From positions 8,750 through 72,749 of the forward strand of contig CALVNW010000004.1 of the NCBI GenBank assembly GCA_944350015.1: DNA of 64,000 nucleotides, given 5' to 3'. The translations under genes and the position numbers were made by a program. Under the pieces are notes generated by a model. It ran no database searches. It was not told the DNA's origin and saw only the letters and a list, made by a program, of their open reading frames with translations. Source of the DNA: an uncultured Clostridia bacterium. GTDB taxonomy: Bacteria; Bacillota; Clostridia; Christensenellales; UBA1242. This document shows positions 26,019-35,591 of this stretch, piece after piece (position 1 is the first letter of the stretch; the number at the start of each line of letters is the position of its first letter).

Positions 26019-27674
26019 TTGAATAACAAATTAAAAATTACATTTTTAGGCGGTGTTGGTGAGATAGGTAAAAATATGACCGCACTTGAATACAATGACG
26101 AGATAATTATCGTCGATGCTGGGCTTACCTTCCCAGATGATGAGCTTCCTGGCGTTGATATAGTTATCCCTGATATGACTTATCTAATTGAAAACAAACA
26201 AAAAATCAAGGCTCTACTTTTAACGCACGGACACGAGGACCATATCGGCGCAGTGCCATTCTTGCTTCAGCAAATAAACGTACCAATCTACGGCACCAGA
26301 TTGACGCTTGCACTTGTTGAAAATAAGATGAAGGAGCATCCAAAGGTTAAATATAAAGCCATCTCAGTAAAACCAAAGAATGTGCTTAAGATAGGCTCAT
26401 TTTCAATTGAGTTTATCAAGGTTAGCCATTCAATCGCAGGCTCACTTGCTCTTGCCATAACAACACCTGTTGGCACAGTTGTTCACACGGGCGACTTTAA
26501 GATTGACTATGAGCCAATTGACGGCGTAATGACCGACCTTCCTCGTCTTGGCGAGATTGGAAGAAAGGGCGTAAGCCTACTTTTATGCGAAAGCACCAAC
26601 GTTTGCCGTAAGGGCTACTCAATGAGCGAGAAGTCTGTTGGACGCACGCTTGACGAAATCATCAAAAATCACGCAGACAACCGTATTATTGTTGCAACCT
26701 TTGCCTCAAACATCCATAGAATGCAACAGATTATGGATATTGCCGAAAAGTATAAGAGAAAGATTGCCTTCACTGGCAGAAGTATGATAAATGTCAGCGA
26801 AGTTGCAATGAAGATTGGTGAGCTTAGCTTTAACCGAGAGAACATTGTGGACATTGAAAAGGTAGATAAACTTGACGATAAAGAAATCTTGATTATGACA
26901 ACTGGAAGTCAAGGCGAACCTATGAGCGCACTGACGCGTATGGCAGCGGGCGAGTTCAAGAGCGTCAAGATTAGACCGAATGACCTTGTAATTCTCTCAG
27001 CTTCACCAATTCCAGGCAATGAAAAGAATGTCTACAACGTTATCAACGCGCTGTATAAACTTGGCGCCGATGTCATCTATGATGAGCTTGCCGAGGTTCA
27101 CACCTCAGGTCACGCTTGCCAAGAAGAGCTCAAACTTATGCATAGCCTAGTTAAACCTAAGTTTTTCATACCAATTCACGGCGAATATCGACACTTAAAG
27201 ACACATAAAGAACTTGCAATGAGACTCGGCAAAGACGAGCGAAACATCTTGCTTCCAAGTATAGGTATGCAAGTTGAGCTTGGACCAAACTCAATCAAAG
27301 AGGTCGGCTTTGTCAAAGCTGGTCAAAGACTTGTCGACGGTATGGGTATAGGCGATATGGATAGCAACGTTCTTCGTGAGCGTAAACAGCTTGCCGAAGA
27401 TGGTATTTGTGTTGTCTGCGTAAACATTAACAATGTGGCAGGCGAGGTCACTGGCGACCCATTTATTATAACCAGAGGTGTTGTCTATGCGGATGAGCAA
27501 GAAAGCTTTGTTCAAGATGCTAAAGCCTGTATAGTTGCATCACTTAAAGAGATTGACCTAAGGGGCGTTGAGCCATCGGTAATAAGGGCGTCACTACGTA
27601 GAAATATATCAAACTTCATCTTTAGAAGAACAAAACGCCGACCTATGATACTGACAATTGTGTCGCTTGACTAA
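26019..27674 (+). CDS. rnj: ribonuclease J
   Basis: TTG start after AAAGGAG. KITFLGGVGEIGKNM...THGHEDHIGAVPF...beta-CASP region...HTSGHA. 551 aa. Confidence 0.92.
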   Translation: MNNKLKITFLGGVGEIGKNMTALEYNDEIIIVDAGLTFPDDELPGVDIVIPDMTYLIENKQKIKALLLTHGHEDHIGAVPFLLQQINVPIYGTRLTLALVENKMKEHPKVKYKAISVKPKNVLKIGSFSIEFIKVSHSIAGSLALAITTPVGTVVHTGDFKIDYEPIDGVMTDLPRLGEIGRKGVSLLLCESTNVCRKGYSMSEKSVGRTLDEIIKNHADNRIIVATFASNIHRMQQIMDIAEKYKRKIAFTGRSMINVSEVAMKIGELSFNRENIVDIEKVDKLDDKEILIMTTGSQGEPMSALTRMAAGEFKSVKIRPNDLVILSASPIPGNEKNVYNVINALYKLGADVIYDELAEVHTSGHACQEELKLMHSLVKPKFFIPIHGEYRHLKTHKELAMRLGKDERNILLPSIGMQVELGPNSIKEVGFVKAGQRLVDGMGIGDMDSNVLRERKQLAEDGICVVCVNINNVAGEVTGDPFIITRGVVYADEQESFVQDAKACIVASLKEIDLRGVEPSVIRASLRRNISNFIFRRTKRRPMILTIVSLD

Positions 27675-27722
27675 ATTGGGCTATATAAAGCACTTTTATC
27701 ACAGTAATAGAAAAGGTTATAA

Positions 27723-28307
27723 ATGGAAGATTTAGAAGAGATTAAAAGGTACGCAAAAGAGAATTTTGTGCCTATTGTGAGAGATAAAACGGCAGAGGAG
27801 CTATGTAGGCAGGCGGGGAAATGCCAAAGTATCCTTGAAATTGGCACGGCAATAGGTTACTCTGGCTTGCTTATGCTCACTTGCAGTCAAGCAAACCTTG
27901 ACACGATTGAGAAAGACGATGGACGCGCACATCTAGCGCAAGAGAATTTTAAAAAGTTCGGCTATCAAGCTAGAGTAAAACTATATAATGAAGACGCTTA
28001 TGCCGTGCTTGAAAGGCTTGTCGAACAAAATAAAAAGTATGACTTAGTCTTTTTAGACGGAGCGAAGGGGCAGTATATCAAATATCTACCTCTTATCAAA
28101 AGACTGCTTAGCGGTGGCGGAACTTTGTTTGCCGACAATATCAACTTGCTTGGGCTTGTAAAGGGTGAGGAAAAAGTGCCTCATAAATATCGCTCTATGG
28201 TAAATAATCTGCGAAAGTTTATAAACGCGCTTGAAAGTGACTCTGACTTTGTTTGCAGATTTTATGACATAGACGACGGCTTTGTCATTTGTAAACTTAA
28301 GGCGTAA
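27723..28307 (+). CDS. class I SAM-dependent O-methyltransferase (YrrM/TrmR-like)
   Basis: LEIGTAIGYSGL motif I and VFLDGAKGQY. 194 aa. Confidence 0.75.
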   Translation: MEDLEEIKRYAKENFVPIVRDKTAEELCRQAGKCQSILEIGTAIGYSGLLMLTCSQANLDTIEKDDGRAHLAQENFKKFGYQARVKLYNEDAYAVLERLVEQNKKYDLVFLDGAKGQYIKYLPLIKRLLSGGGTLFADNINLLGLVKGEEKVPHKYRSMVNNLRKFINALESDSDFVCRFYDIDDGFVICKLKA

Positions 28308-28437
28308 AAATTTTGACCGCAACAATTCTAATAACACAAACATATGCTCAGATAAATAATATTTTATTTTTGTAAAGTTTGTTAAAATTGTAAATTTTTA
28401 TGCTTTAAAGTTTTTTATATTATAAAGTGAAAATAAG

Positions 28438-28509
28438 AAAAAATAGCAAGTTTGTGATCTTTTTAAGACTACTTAAAAAGATGACGTAAATTAAAATTTG
28501 CTATTTTTT
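28438..28509 (+). repeat. reduced relative of the four-way-junction element (outer stem plus one hairpin)
   Basis: AAAAAATAGCAA / TTGCTATTTTTT encloses ATCTTTTTAAG-actac-TTAAAAAGAT. That hairpin resembles hairpin 1 of copy A (TTTTTAAG..CTTAAAAA). Confidence 0.45.
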
Positions 28510-28554
28510 ATTTTTATATAATTTTTTTGAAAATGTTGTTTTTTTTAGACAATT

Positions 28555-29118
28555 TTGATACAATATAACTATATGATTACAGAGGCAAACATAATAAGAT
28601 TTTTACAAACAAATGCGAGTGTAGGATGGATATCATTTTTCCAATTTGTCACGCTTTTTGGAAGTTATCTAGGGCTTATAATCTTTTTTGCCATCATCTT
28701 TTTTAGAGATAAAAAGTTGAGTGTGGTCTTTGTGGTCACATTCGTTGTCGCCTCGGTTTTTAATCAACTTTTAAAGCAAATAATAATGCGTGACCGACCT
28801 TTCGTTACATATCCAGATATTGAAAACTACGGCGGTGTAGATGGCTATAGTATGCCTTCTGGTCATAGCGTCTGCGGTGGACTTTATGCGACCTTTTTGT
28901 TTTACACAATTTTGAAAACCTCAAGAAGAAAGAGTACAAAGGTGCTTTGTGCTATATTTTGCACATTGTTTCCGCTTTTGATAGCATACTCAAGAATGGT
29001 GCTAGGCGTGCATTATCTTAGTGACACGCTAGTAGGCATAGCCGTTGGCGTAATATTTGCCTTGCTTGCAATTTTCCTATATAAATTTTATCTAAAAAGA
29101 AGGAAAATCGCCAGATAA
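28555..29118 (+). CDS. PAP2-family lipid phosphatase (BcrC/undecaprenyl-diphosphatase-like)
   Basis: KQIIMRDRP (KxxxxxxRP), PSGHS and SRMVLGVHYLSD (SRxxxxxHxxxD). Confidence 0.8.
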   Translation: MIQYNYMITEANIIRFLQTNASVGWISFFQFVTLFGSYLGLIIFFAIIFFRDKKLSVVFVVTFVVASVFNQLLKQIIMRDRPFVTYPDIENYGGVDGYSMPSGHSVCGGLYATFLFYTILKTSRRKSTKVLCAIFCTLFPLLIAYSRMVLGVHYLSDTLVGIAVGVIFALLAIFLYKFYLKRRKIAR

Positions 29119-29312
29119 ATTGCTATATATGTTTTATATAAAAGAAATTTATGTTATAATAGTTAAGGGATGAGGTCTAGCTTTAAAGAGTTTTTGGGCA
29201 TAAAAACAAATACATATTAAATATAAAAATTAATACATATTAAAAATGCAAAAATTAAGATATATAAAAAACACTTAATAAAATTAAAAATAAATACATA
29301 TTCAGGAGAATT

Positions 29313-29753
29313 ATGGAAAAGATATTTTCAGTTATAACAAACAGCGAAGAGGAGACAATGGCTGTGGCAGAAAAGCTTGCAAGCACAGTAGGAAAGGGGG
29401 TGGTATTCACACTAAAAGGCGATTTAGGTGCAGGCAAGACCCGCTTTGTCAAAGGTTTTGTAAAGGGCGTTGGGAGTAGCGACCTTGTCACAAGCCCAAC
29501 TTTTACACTGCTTAATGTCTATGAGGGGGGCAAATGTCCTATCTATCACTTTGATATGTATAGGCTTTCGTCAGCACAAGAGGCAGAAGAACTTGGCTTT
29601 AATGAGTACTTTGACCTAAAAAGTCTAGATGGCATTGTCTTGCTCGAATGGCCAGAGCAAGTGGAGGGGCTTGTAAAATGTCCGCATATCGAAATAGAAT
29701 TGCAAAAACTAGATGGGGACAGAAGAAAAATAATTGTTGGAGCAGAAAAATGA
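29313..29753 (+). CDS. tsaE: tRNA t6A37 biosynthesis ATPase TsaE
   Basis: LKGDLGAGKTRFVKG...SPTFTL...YHFDMYRL. Confidence 0.88.
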   Translation: MEKIFSVITNSEEETMAVAEKLASTVGKGVVFTLKGDLGAGKTRFVKGFVKGVGSSDLVTSPTFTLLNVYEGGKCPIYHFDMYRLSSAQEAEELGFNEYFDLKSLDGIVLLEWPEQVEGLVKCPHIEIELQKLDGDRRKIIVGAEK

Positions 29754-30388
29754 TAGCACTATCAACAGCATATAAACAGGCACTGATTGCAGTTAAGCTT
29801 GATGGCAAAAGCGCCTTTAAGTCACTAGATGCAAACTGCAAACACTCTGAAAACGTACTTTATAGCATCGATGAGCTTCTTGACAGCCTAAATGTGAGCA
29901 TTCAAGACAATGACGCACTATCAGTAGTTGTTGGGCCAGGCTCATTCACCGGCATAAGAATTGGCGTTGCACTAGTCAAGGGACTGAATAAGGGAAACCC
30001 TTGCAAACTTATCAAACTTACCACTTTTGACCTTCTTGCATACAGTTATATAAAACGTTATCACCCAAAGGATGTCTTTTACTGCGTTATAGATGCTCTT
30101 AGCGGTTACTATTATATTTGCAAATTTGCTAAAGATGGGGAGTTACTCTCGAACGCGCAGGTGGTGGATAGTGAAAGTTATCAAGCCATACGCGAAACTA
30201 AGGTTGGGCTTAAGGAAGAAAATCTAGGCGACACTGAGCTTGAGCCGTCACCAGAGGAGCTTCTTGAGCTTAGCGAAAAGTATTATAGCGAGGGCAAATT
30301 TGTCAGCGATAGCGAGCTTATACCGCTTTACCTACGTAAAAGTCAGGCAGAGGTTAGCCTTGAAAATAAGGTCAAAAAAAATATTTAA
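29750..30388 (+). CDS. tsaB: tRNA t6A37 biosynthesis protein TsaB
   Basis: ATGA overlap with tsaE. MIALSTAY...VVGPGSFTGIRIGVA. The upstream part of the ORF in the track lies inside tsaE. Confidence 0.8.
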   Translation: MIALSTAYKQALIAVKLDGKSAFKSLDANCKHSENVLYSIDELLDSLNVSIQDNDALSVVVGPGSFTGIRIGVALVKGLNKGNPCKLIKLTTFDLLAYSYIKRYHPKDVFYCVIDALSGYYYICKFAKDGELLSNAQVVDSESYQAIRETKVGLKEENLGDTELEPSPEELLELSEKYYSEGKFVSDSELIPLYLRKSQAEVSLENKVKKNI

Positions 30389-30492
30389 AAAATTGCAAAA
30401 AAGTTGAAAAATAATTAGACATTTTTATAATATATATGTATAATGTGTTAAGCAAATTAAATATTGCTTGAAGTAATTAGAAGGAGAAAATA

Positions 30493-31017
30493 ATGAAAAA
30501 ACCAGTTTATATTAGATGTCCTAGATGTGAACTTAACTATATTCAAAAAAAGGATAAGTTCTGCCCAGTATGCAAGGCTGAAATGGAAGCTAAGAGGGAC
30601 TATGTTGACGATATTGATTTAGAGCTTTGCCCAATTTGCAAAACTAACTATATCCAGCCAGACGAGATTATGTGTGCAAGCTGTTTGAAAGAGCATCAAA
30701 ACGAGGATGGCGAGCTTAGCTCAGATTGGGAAGACTATATCATCAGAGATGACCAAGACGATATTATGACCCTTGATGACGAAACCGGTGATATGGCGTC
30801 TGTCAATGACATCACAAAATCTACACTTCTTGACGATGATGATATCTCTCCAGATATTGACTTTGACGATGACGATGGCGATATCTCGTTTGACGATGAA
30901 GAGTTTGATGATGACGACGATGATGACGATGACGATGACGACGATGATATCGACGATATAGACGATGATGACATCGATGATGACGATTATGACTACGACG
31001 ATGACGATGATGACTAA
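30493..31017 (+). CDS. double zinc-ribbon protein with an extremely acidic poly-Asp tail
   Basis: CPRC-x15-CPVC and CPIC-x15-CASC, followed by about 100 aa rich in D/E. The last roughly 60 aa are almost entirely Asp. Confidence 0.6.
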   Translation: MKKPVYIRCPRCELNYIQKKDKFCPVCKAEMEAKRDYVDDIDLELCPICKTNYIQPDEIMCASCLKEHQNEDGELSSDWEDYIIRDDQDDIMTLDDETGDMASVNDITKSTLLDDDDISPDIDFDDDDGDISFDDEEFDDDDDDDDDDDDDDIDDIDDDDIDDDDYDYDDDDDD

Positions 31018-31045
31018 TATTTGTCAATAAAACGGTTTTAAAATT

Positions 31046-31108
31046 AAAAAAGGGCAGTATCGTGTGAAGTGAACGACGAAGTGGTCATTTTACTTACTGT
31101 CCTTTTTT
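31046..31108 (+). terminator. terminator-like hairpin with a long loop
   Basis: A6-GGGCAGTA...35 nt...TACTGTCC-T6. Confidence 0.4.
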
Positions 31109-31378
31109 CGATTCTTTATTTATTTTTATTAATGATTATAATATTTTTGTAAATTTCATTATCACTTTACAAAGGGAATATTGATTAAACTTTAGTGAAC
31201 TAAAAAATTTATGATTTTTAATATATTTTTGCAAATGTTTGTAGCCATCACTTAAACTTTAGTAATTTTATTTTTTATTGCAAATTTTATCAATTTTGTT
31301 ACAATAACTTTTCACCTTGATTAATATATAAATGATAGATATATAATTAATAGAAAATTTGATAAATATATAAATGAC

Positions 31379-31409
31379 AAAAAATGCAATCATACGATTG
31401 CATTTTTTT
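31379..31409. terminator. bidirectional terminator hairpin
   Basis: A5-ATGCAATC-atac-GATTGCAT-T7. Confidence 0.7.
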
Positions 31410-31500
31410 GATAATTACTTTATTGCTAGATTTTGCATTTTAAAAAATTAATTATTTTTATTTTAAATAACTGCTTTTTAAGTCAAAACTTGCAATTTAA

Positions 31501-34500
31501 TTATTGCTTGTCGCTACCATCATTATCGTCAGCATTTGCATCCTCATTTAAAGTAGCTTTTTCTTTGTTTTGTTTTTTAAGCTCTCTAAGCTCGGCTTTA
31601 TATGCTTTCCTTTCATTTCTATAGATGGTATCTTCTTCTGCAACAATCTTGCGCTCAAGTACTAGCAGGTAGTCAGCTGACATAACTGTGTCAATCTTTT
31701 CAGAGATTATGTTAATCTTTTCATCGATTTTTATGATATCGTTGTTGTATTTCTTAATCTCTTTTTCAACTTCTCTAGTAACTGCGCCCTTATTGTTAAG
31801 CCTGTTATCTTTCATAAATTCTTTATGATTTTCTTCAAGCCTTACCTTATCTTCTTCAAGCATTCTCTTAGCCTTAATCAAGTCTTGAACTTCTTGGTCT
31901 CTACGTTTTTGAGCTTCTACAAGGATAATATCGTGATTTTTAGAAAGTTTTCTATCATAATTTTCTTTTCTGATTTTTTCAATCTTCTTAATCTTGATAT
32001 GTCGCAGTACGAAACCTACAATTGCAACGATAATTGCAAGACCAAATATGAGTGAAGATATCAAGAGCCAAGGTGATGTTCCGTCAGGGTTAGTCGGTGT
32101 TTCTTCATCGGGATTTTCTTCGTCCGGGTTTTCTTCGTCAGCACTATCACTCTCTGAAAGCTCTGCTACAAAAGAGGTCTCACCATTAGTAGATGCAATG
32201 CTTGCATTTGTATATTCAGCCTCTTCGACAGTGGTTACATCAATATTGGTTATAAGCGCATTGCCAATCGTCTTAAAGCAATCTGATACGAGGGTGAAGG
32301 CAATAGTAGGAGTAATCTCAGAACTACTATGAATATAAATAGAGTAAGATTGAAGCTCGCCGGCTGTAACAATTTGAGTTATAGGCTCAAAACCGTCAAT
32401 CGAAATAGTCACACCATACTTGCATTCGTGGTCTTTGTCATTTTCAATATTTGAATTGTACTCATCGAATATTGTAGCAAGGTCAAAGGTCAATTTATAG
32501 TAGTTTTCACTTGATAAAGTTAAACTATATTTTGAAGTAAGGGTAGCTTCGCTCTCATAATTGGTGTGAATTACAAGATAGTTTTTATCATTAACAAATT
32601 CACTTCCAAATGGGTTGTCGCTGCCACTTATGATACCTCCTTCAGCAATTAAAGGATTGTCGCTATCGTTTTGTGATACTGTGAAGTCGTAGGCAGGTGA
32701 TTCGGTTATATCATTTGTTGCACTACCAAGTGAAAGGAAGTAGTCAGATAAATCAACCTTATTGCTTTGAGCTCCCGTAAATTCACTTTCACTAGAAGTT
32801 GACACGAGTACATTGTCGATATAGACAAGTCCTTGAGAAAGAGTGCCATCTTCTTCGCCAAGATTGATAACTATTTGAAGGTTGTGCGCCACGGTTTCAG
32901 CTGTGTGGATATAAACTTCAAAAGTTCTCCAAGAGCCATAGCCTGTTATACCATCTTGATAGAAAAGTTGTATACCATTTTCATCGACAACTTCAAGGGA
33001 AATAGTCGTTCCAGTCAAGGCAGGGATATAGTAATCAAAAGTCATTTTATAATATGAATTCTCTGATATGGGATAGCTTTCAGAAGTAATAGATTGATAG
33101 CTTGCCTTGCTGTTATACATCATATAGACATTGTTTGGCAAACTTACATTAGGTGCATCTGATGGATATCCAGGGAACGAGCCTAAATATCTATACTCGT
33201 CACTGCCATACATATCATTAAAGGTAGCCTGGTCATAGAGATATACAACACCGCTCTTGTTGTAAGCGTCATCTTCAAGGCTGGTGGTCCAGTTTGAAGC
33301 CTTTACAGGATACTCAAGCACGTCTCCGTCAAACTCAGTTGCATCAAATCTTGCATTCGGCACATTTGAAGAGGAGTTTGTTGTCAAAGACAGCGAGTTA
33401 GAGGCACTCGCAAGCTCTTCATTTGTTGCATACTCAACCGAAACATTGTCAATCACAACGCAACCATTTGCAGAAGTACTGCTGTCGCCAAGCCAAAATT
33501 CGAGGTTTACAAAGGTGTCATAGAGCGCGTGACCTTTGATATAAAACTCAACCGTTTGGTAGTCGTTTGTAAAACTATTTTCAGAGTTTGAGCTTATTCC
33601 GCTTGTCTGACCCTCTTGAAGAGGTAGATAGTCTTTTGTGGTGTCCTCTTGGTCGCTTGTAATGACACTGCTGTATAGATTATATATAGTATCATTTTCT
33701 TTAACTTTAAGATAGAAGGTTCCGCTAGTAATCTCAGACACCTTTAAGTTGAAAGATATCTTGTAAATTCCGTGAGCCTTTATCTCAAGTTCCTTAGACT
33801 GTACGCCAACATAGCCATCTTGACCCTTGGTGTAAAGCGCAAGAGCCTTGCTATTATTGTAACTTAAATCGTCGCCAATATAGGTGTAGCCAGTAAGGTC
33901 CGCAAAGTCATTTGGTGACATATTTCTTATATTTATAACTCGCGCGTGTCCATTTTGACGAGAAAGCAAACTCCAACTGTCGCCAAGGGTGTTAGAGGAG
34001 TCATTATCTTCTTCAAAATCAAAGTTATAGTCGCTTGTGTCGATTAGCGAGCTTTTATCAATAAGTCCATCAACAATAAAGGCGCTTTTGCCTCCGTCCT
34101 CATTAAGCAGAAGGTCTCCTTCATAATTTTTAGCGTATAGGTCCTCATAGAAGGAGTTTTCAGAGTGTCTATATAAGTTGACCTCATCAAAGAACACCGC
34201 ACCACTGCTTAATGTGCTTTTGCCACCAAGGTAGAGGTCAATTGTGATAGTTTGACTTTGCTCGCCTGTTGCAATGTAGATAAAGTGCTCTTGCCAGGTA
34301 GTATTTTTTATATTTTCAATGCCAGCGTCGATAGCATTGCCGTCTTTATCCTCAAGTCCCGAGATATAGATTGAAGCGCTAGCAGGGTAGTCATCACCAT
34401 TTGAAGAGGTCTTAACAAGCACCGAGAGAATATAGTATGAGTTTGCCTCTAAGGTAACAGAATTAGATTGATAACCCTTTATTGTTCTAACATTTTTGTT

Positions 34501-34917
34501 GTTTTCATTTTGCTTTGAGTTAATCATTAGTATTCTGCTATCACTGCCAATGGAGAGAGGGTTAGACTGAAGCATATAAGCCTCTTGATTTTTATTGAAA
34601 GTTTCGTTTGAGCCTTCGCCCTCAGAGCTTGACCCGCTTCCCACATCAACAAACATACCACTTGCAGTCGAATCTTCGCTATCATCAGTAACCGTCCAGC
34701 CGTTTAGGTTGTCGCTAGCAGAGGCTACTGTGCCGTTCGTAAAATCAGAGTTTGTAACGCTAACCTCTTCGTTATAACTAGGAAGGTAATCAATTGCCGT
34801 TTCAGCCCTTGCAACATTGATTGAAGCTATGCCACCGAAAAGTGTAAATGGGAAAAGGAAAGCCACGCAAAGCTTTAGGATTTTGTTTTTAGTTGAATCA
34901 GATTTTAATTTAGCCAT
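31501..34917 (-). CDS. type I membrane protein with a large ectodomain of CBM-like beta-sandwich repeats and a cytoplasmic coiled-coil tail
   Basis: Signal peptide ...INVARA/ET. The signature recurs four or more times (LEANSYYILSVLVKT, IKAHGIYKISFNLKV, ISENSYYKMTFDYYI, LSSENYYKLTFDLAT). EENPDEENPDEE linker, TM segment SPWLLISSLIFGLAIIVAIVGFVL, then a K/E-rich heptad-like tail of about 170 aa. Confidence 0.6.
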   Translation of the reverse strand: MAKLKSDSTKNKILKLCVAFLFPFTLFGGIASINVARAETAIDYLPSYNEEVSVTNSDFTNGTVASASDNLNGWTVTDDSEDSTASGMFVDVGSGSSSEGEGSNETFNKNQEAYMLQSNPLSIGSDSRILMINSKQNENNKNVRTIKGYQSNSVTLEANSYYILSVLVKTSSNGDDYPASASIYISGLEDKDGNAIDAGIENIKNTTWQEHFIYIATGEQSQTITIDLYLGGKSTLSSGAVFFDEVNLYRHSENSFYEDLYAKNYEGDLLLNEDGGKSAFIVDGLIDKSSLIDTSDYNFDFEEDNDSSNTLGDSWSLLSRQNGHARVINIRNMSPNDFADLTGYTYIGDDLSYNNSKALALYTKGQDGYVGVQSKELEIKAHGIYKISFNLKVSEITSGTFYLKVKENDTIYNLYSSVITSDQEDTTKDYLPLQEGQTSGISSNSENSFTNDYQTVEFYIKGHALYDTFVNLEFWLGDSSTSANGCVVIDNVSVEYATNEELASASNSLSLTTNSSSNVPNARFDATEFDGDVLEYPVKASNWTTSLEDDAYNKSGVVYLYDQATFNDMYGSDEYRYLGSFPGYPSDAPNVSLPNNVYMMYNSKASYQSITSESYPISENSYYKMTFDYYIPALTGTTISLEVVDENGIQLFYQDGITGYGSWRTFEVYIHTAETVAHNLQIVINLGEEDGTLSQGLVYIDNVLVSTSSESEFTGAQSNKVDLSDYFLSLGSATNDITESPAYDFTVSQNDSDNPLIAEGGIISGSDNPFGSEFVNDKNYLVIHTNYESEATLTSKYSLTLSSENYYKLTFDLATIFDEYNSNIENDKDHECKYGVTISIDGFEPITQIVTAGELQSYSIYIHSSSEITPTIAFTLVSDCFKTIGNALITNIDVTTVEEAEYTNASIASTNGETSFVAELSESDSADEENPDEENPDEETPTNPDGTSPWLLISSLIFGLAIIVAIVGFVLRHIKIKKIEKIRKENYDRKLSKNHDIILVEAQKRRDQEVQDLIKAKRMLEEDKVRLEENHKEFMKDNRLNNKGAVTREVEKEIKKYNNDIIKIDEKINIISEKIDTVMSADYLLVLERKIVAEEDTIYRNERKAYKAELRELKKQNKEKATLNEDANADDNDGSDKQ

Positions 34918-35069
34918 ATTCCACCTTTTAAGTAATTAAGACATTTTTTGTCATCTTTTGTATGATTGGTTTAGTGCCATAAGCACCAATTTAAACATTT
35001 ACCCTAGTAGTATACAACATTTATCGATTTTAATCAAATATTTTTTACATATTTATTCATAATAGTTAT

Positions 35070-35591
35070 ATGAAAAGACAAAAATATCAGATTAAGCAAA
35101 GATGTTTCAATTTAAAATGCGCAAAAATGCAAGGCAATATCATAAAAAATCAAAAATTCACGATGCGTATAATGTCGAAAGATAAGAAAAAGAAGGGCAA
35201 GAACAAAAAATCTTCAAACTTCGACAAAAAGTTCTCCAAAAAGCAAATTTTCTTATTACTGCTAAGCGGTGGCGTAATAGGCTTTTTGAACGGATTTTTT
35301 GGTGGCGGAGGTGGGATGGTGTGCGTGCCGTTGCTATCAAAGGTGTTAAAGCTTGACGCAAAGCGTTCTCACGCAACAGCAATTGCCGTTATCTTTCCGC
35401 TAAGCTTAATTTCGGCATTTATCTATGTGATAAACGGCTATATCAGCTCGCTCCCTCTTTTAACTGTCGGGCTTGGCGTGATTGCAGGCGGGCTTATTGG
35501 TGCGTATGCGCTAAAGATTTTGCCACCTAAAGCCGTCAGACTAATCTTTGCAATAATTATGTTTGTAGGGGGGATAAAGCTAATCATATGA
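35070..35591 (+). CDS. TauE/SafE-family half-size membrane protein (first of a pair)
   Basis: GFLNGFFGGGGGMVCVPLL motif and four TM segments. A Lys-rich N-terminus is present. The real start is probably downstream (ATG 35163 or 35172). Confidence 0.6.
   Translation: MKRQKYQIKQRCFNLKCAKMQGNIIKNQKFTMRIMSKDKKKKGKNKKSSNFDKKFSKKQIFLLLLSGGVIGFLNGFFGGGGGMVCVPLLSKVLKLDAKRSHATAIAVIFPLSLISAFIYVINGYISSLPLLTVGLGVIAGGLIGAYALKILPPKAVRLIFAIIMFVGGIKLII

Noticed and set aside
30735-31027. Poly-Ser and poly-His/Arg ORFs antisense to, or frame-shifted within, the poly-Asp tail.
   Set aside because: They are direct consequences of reading GAT/GAC repeats in other frames. The sense frame has the RBS and the zinc-ribbon N-terminus.
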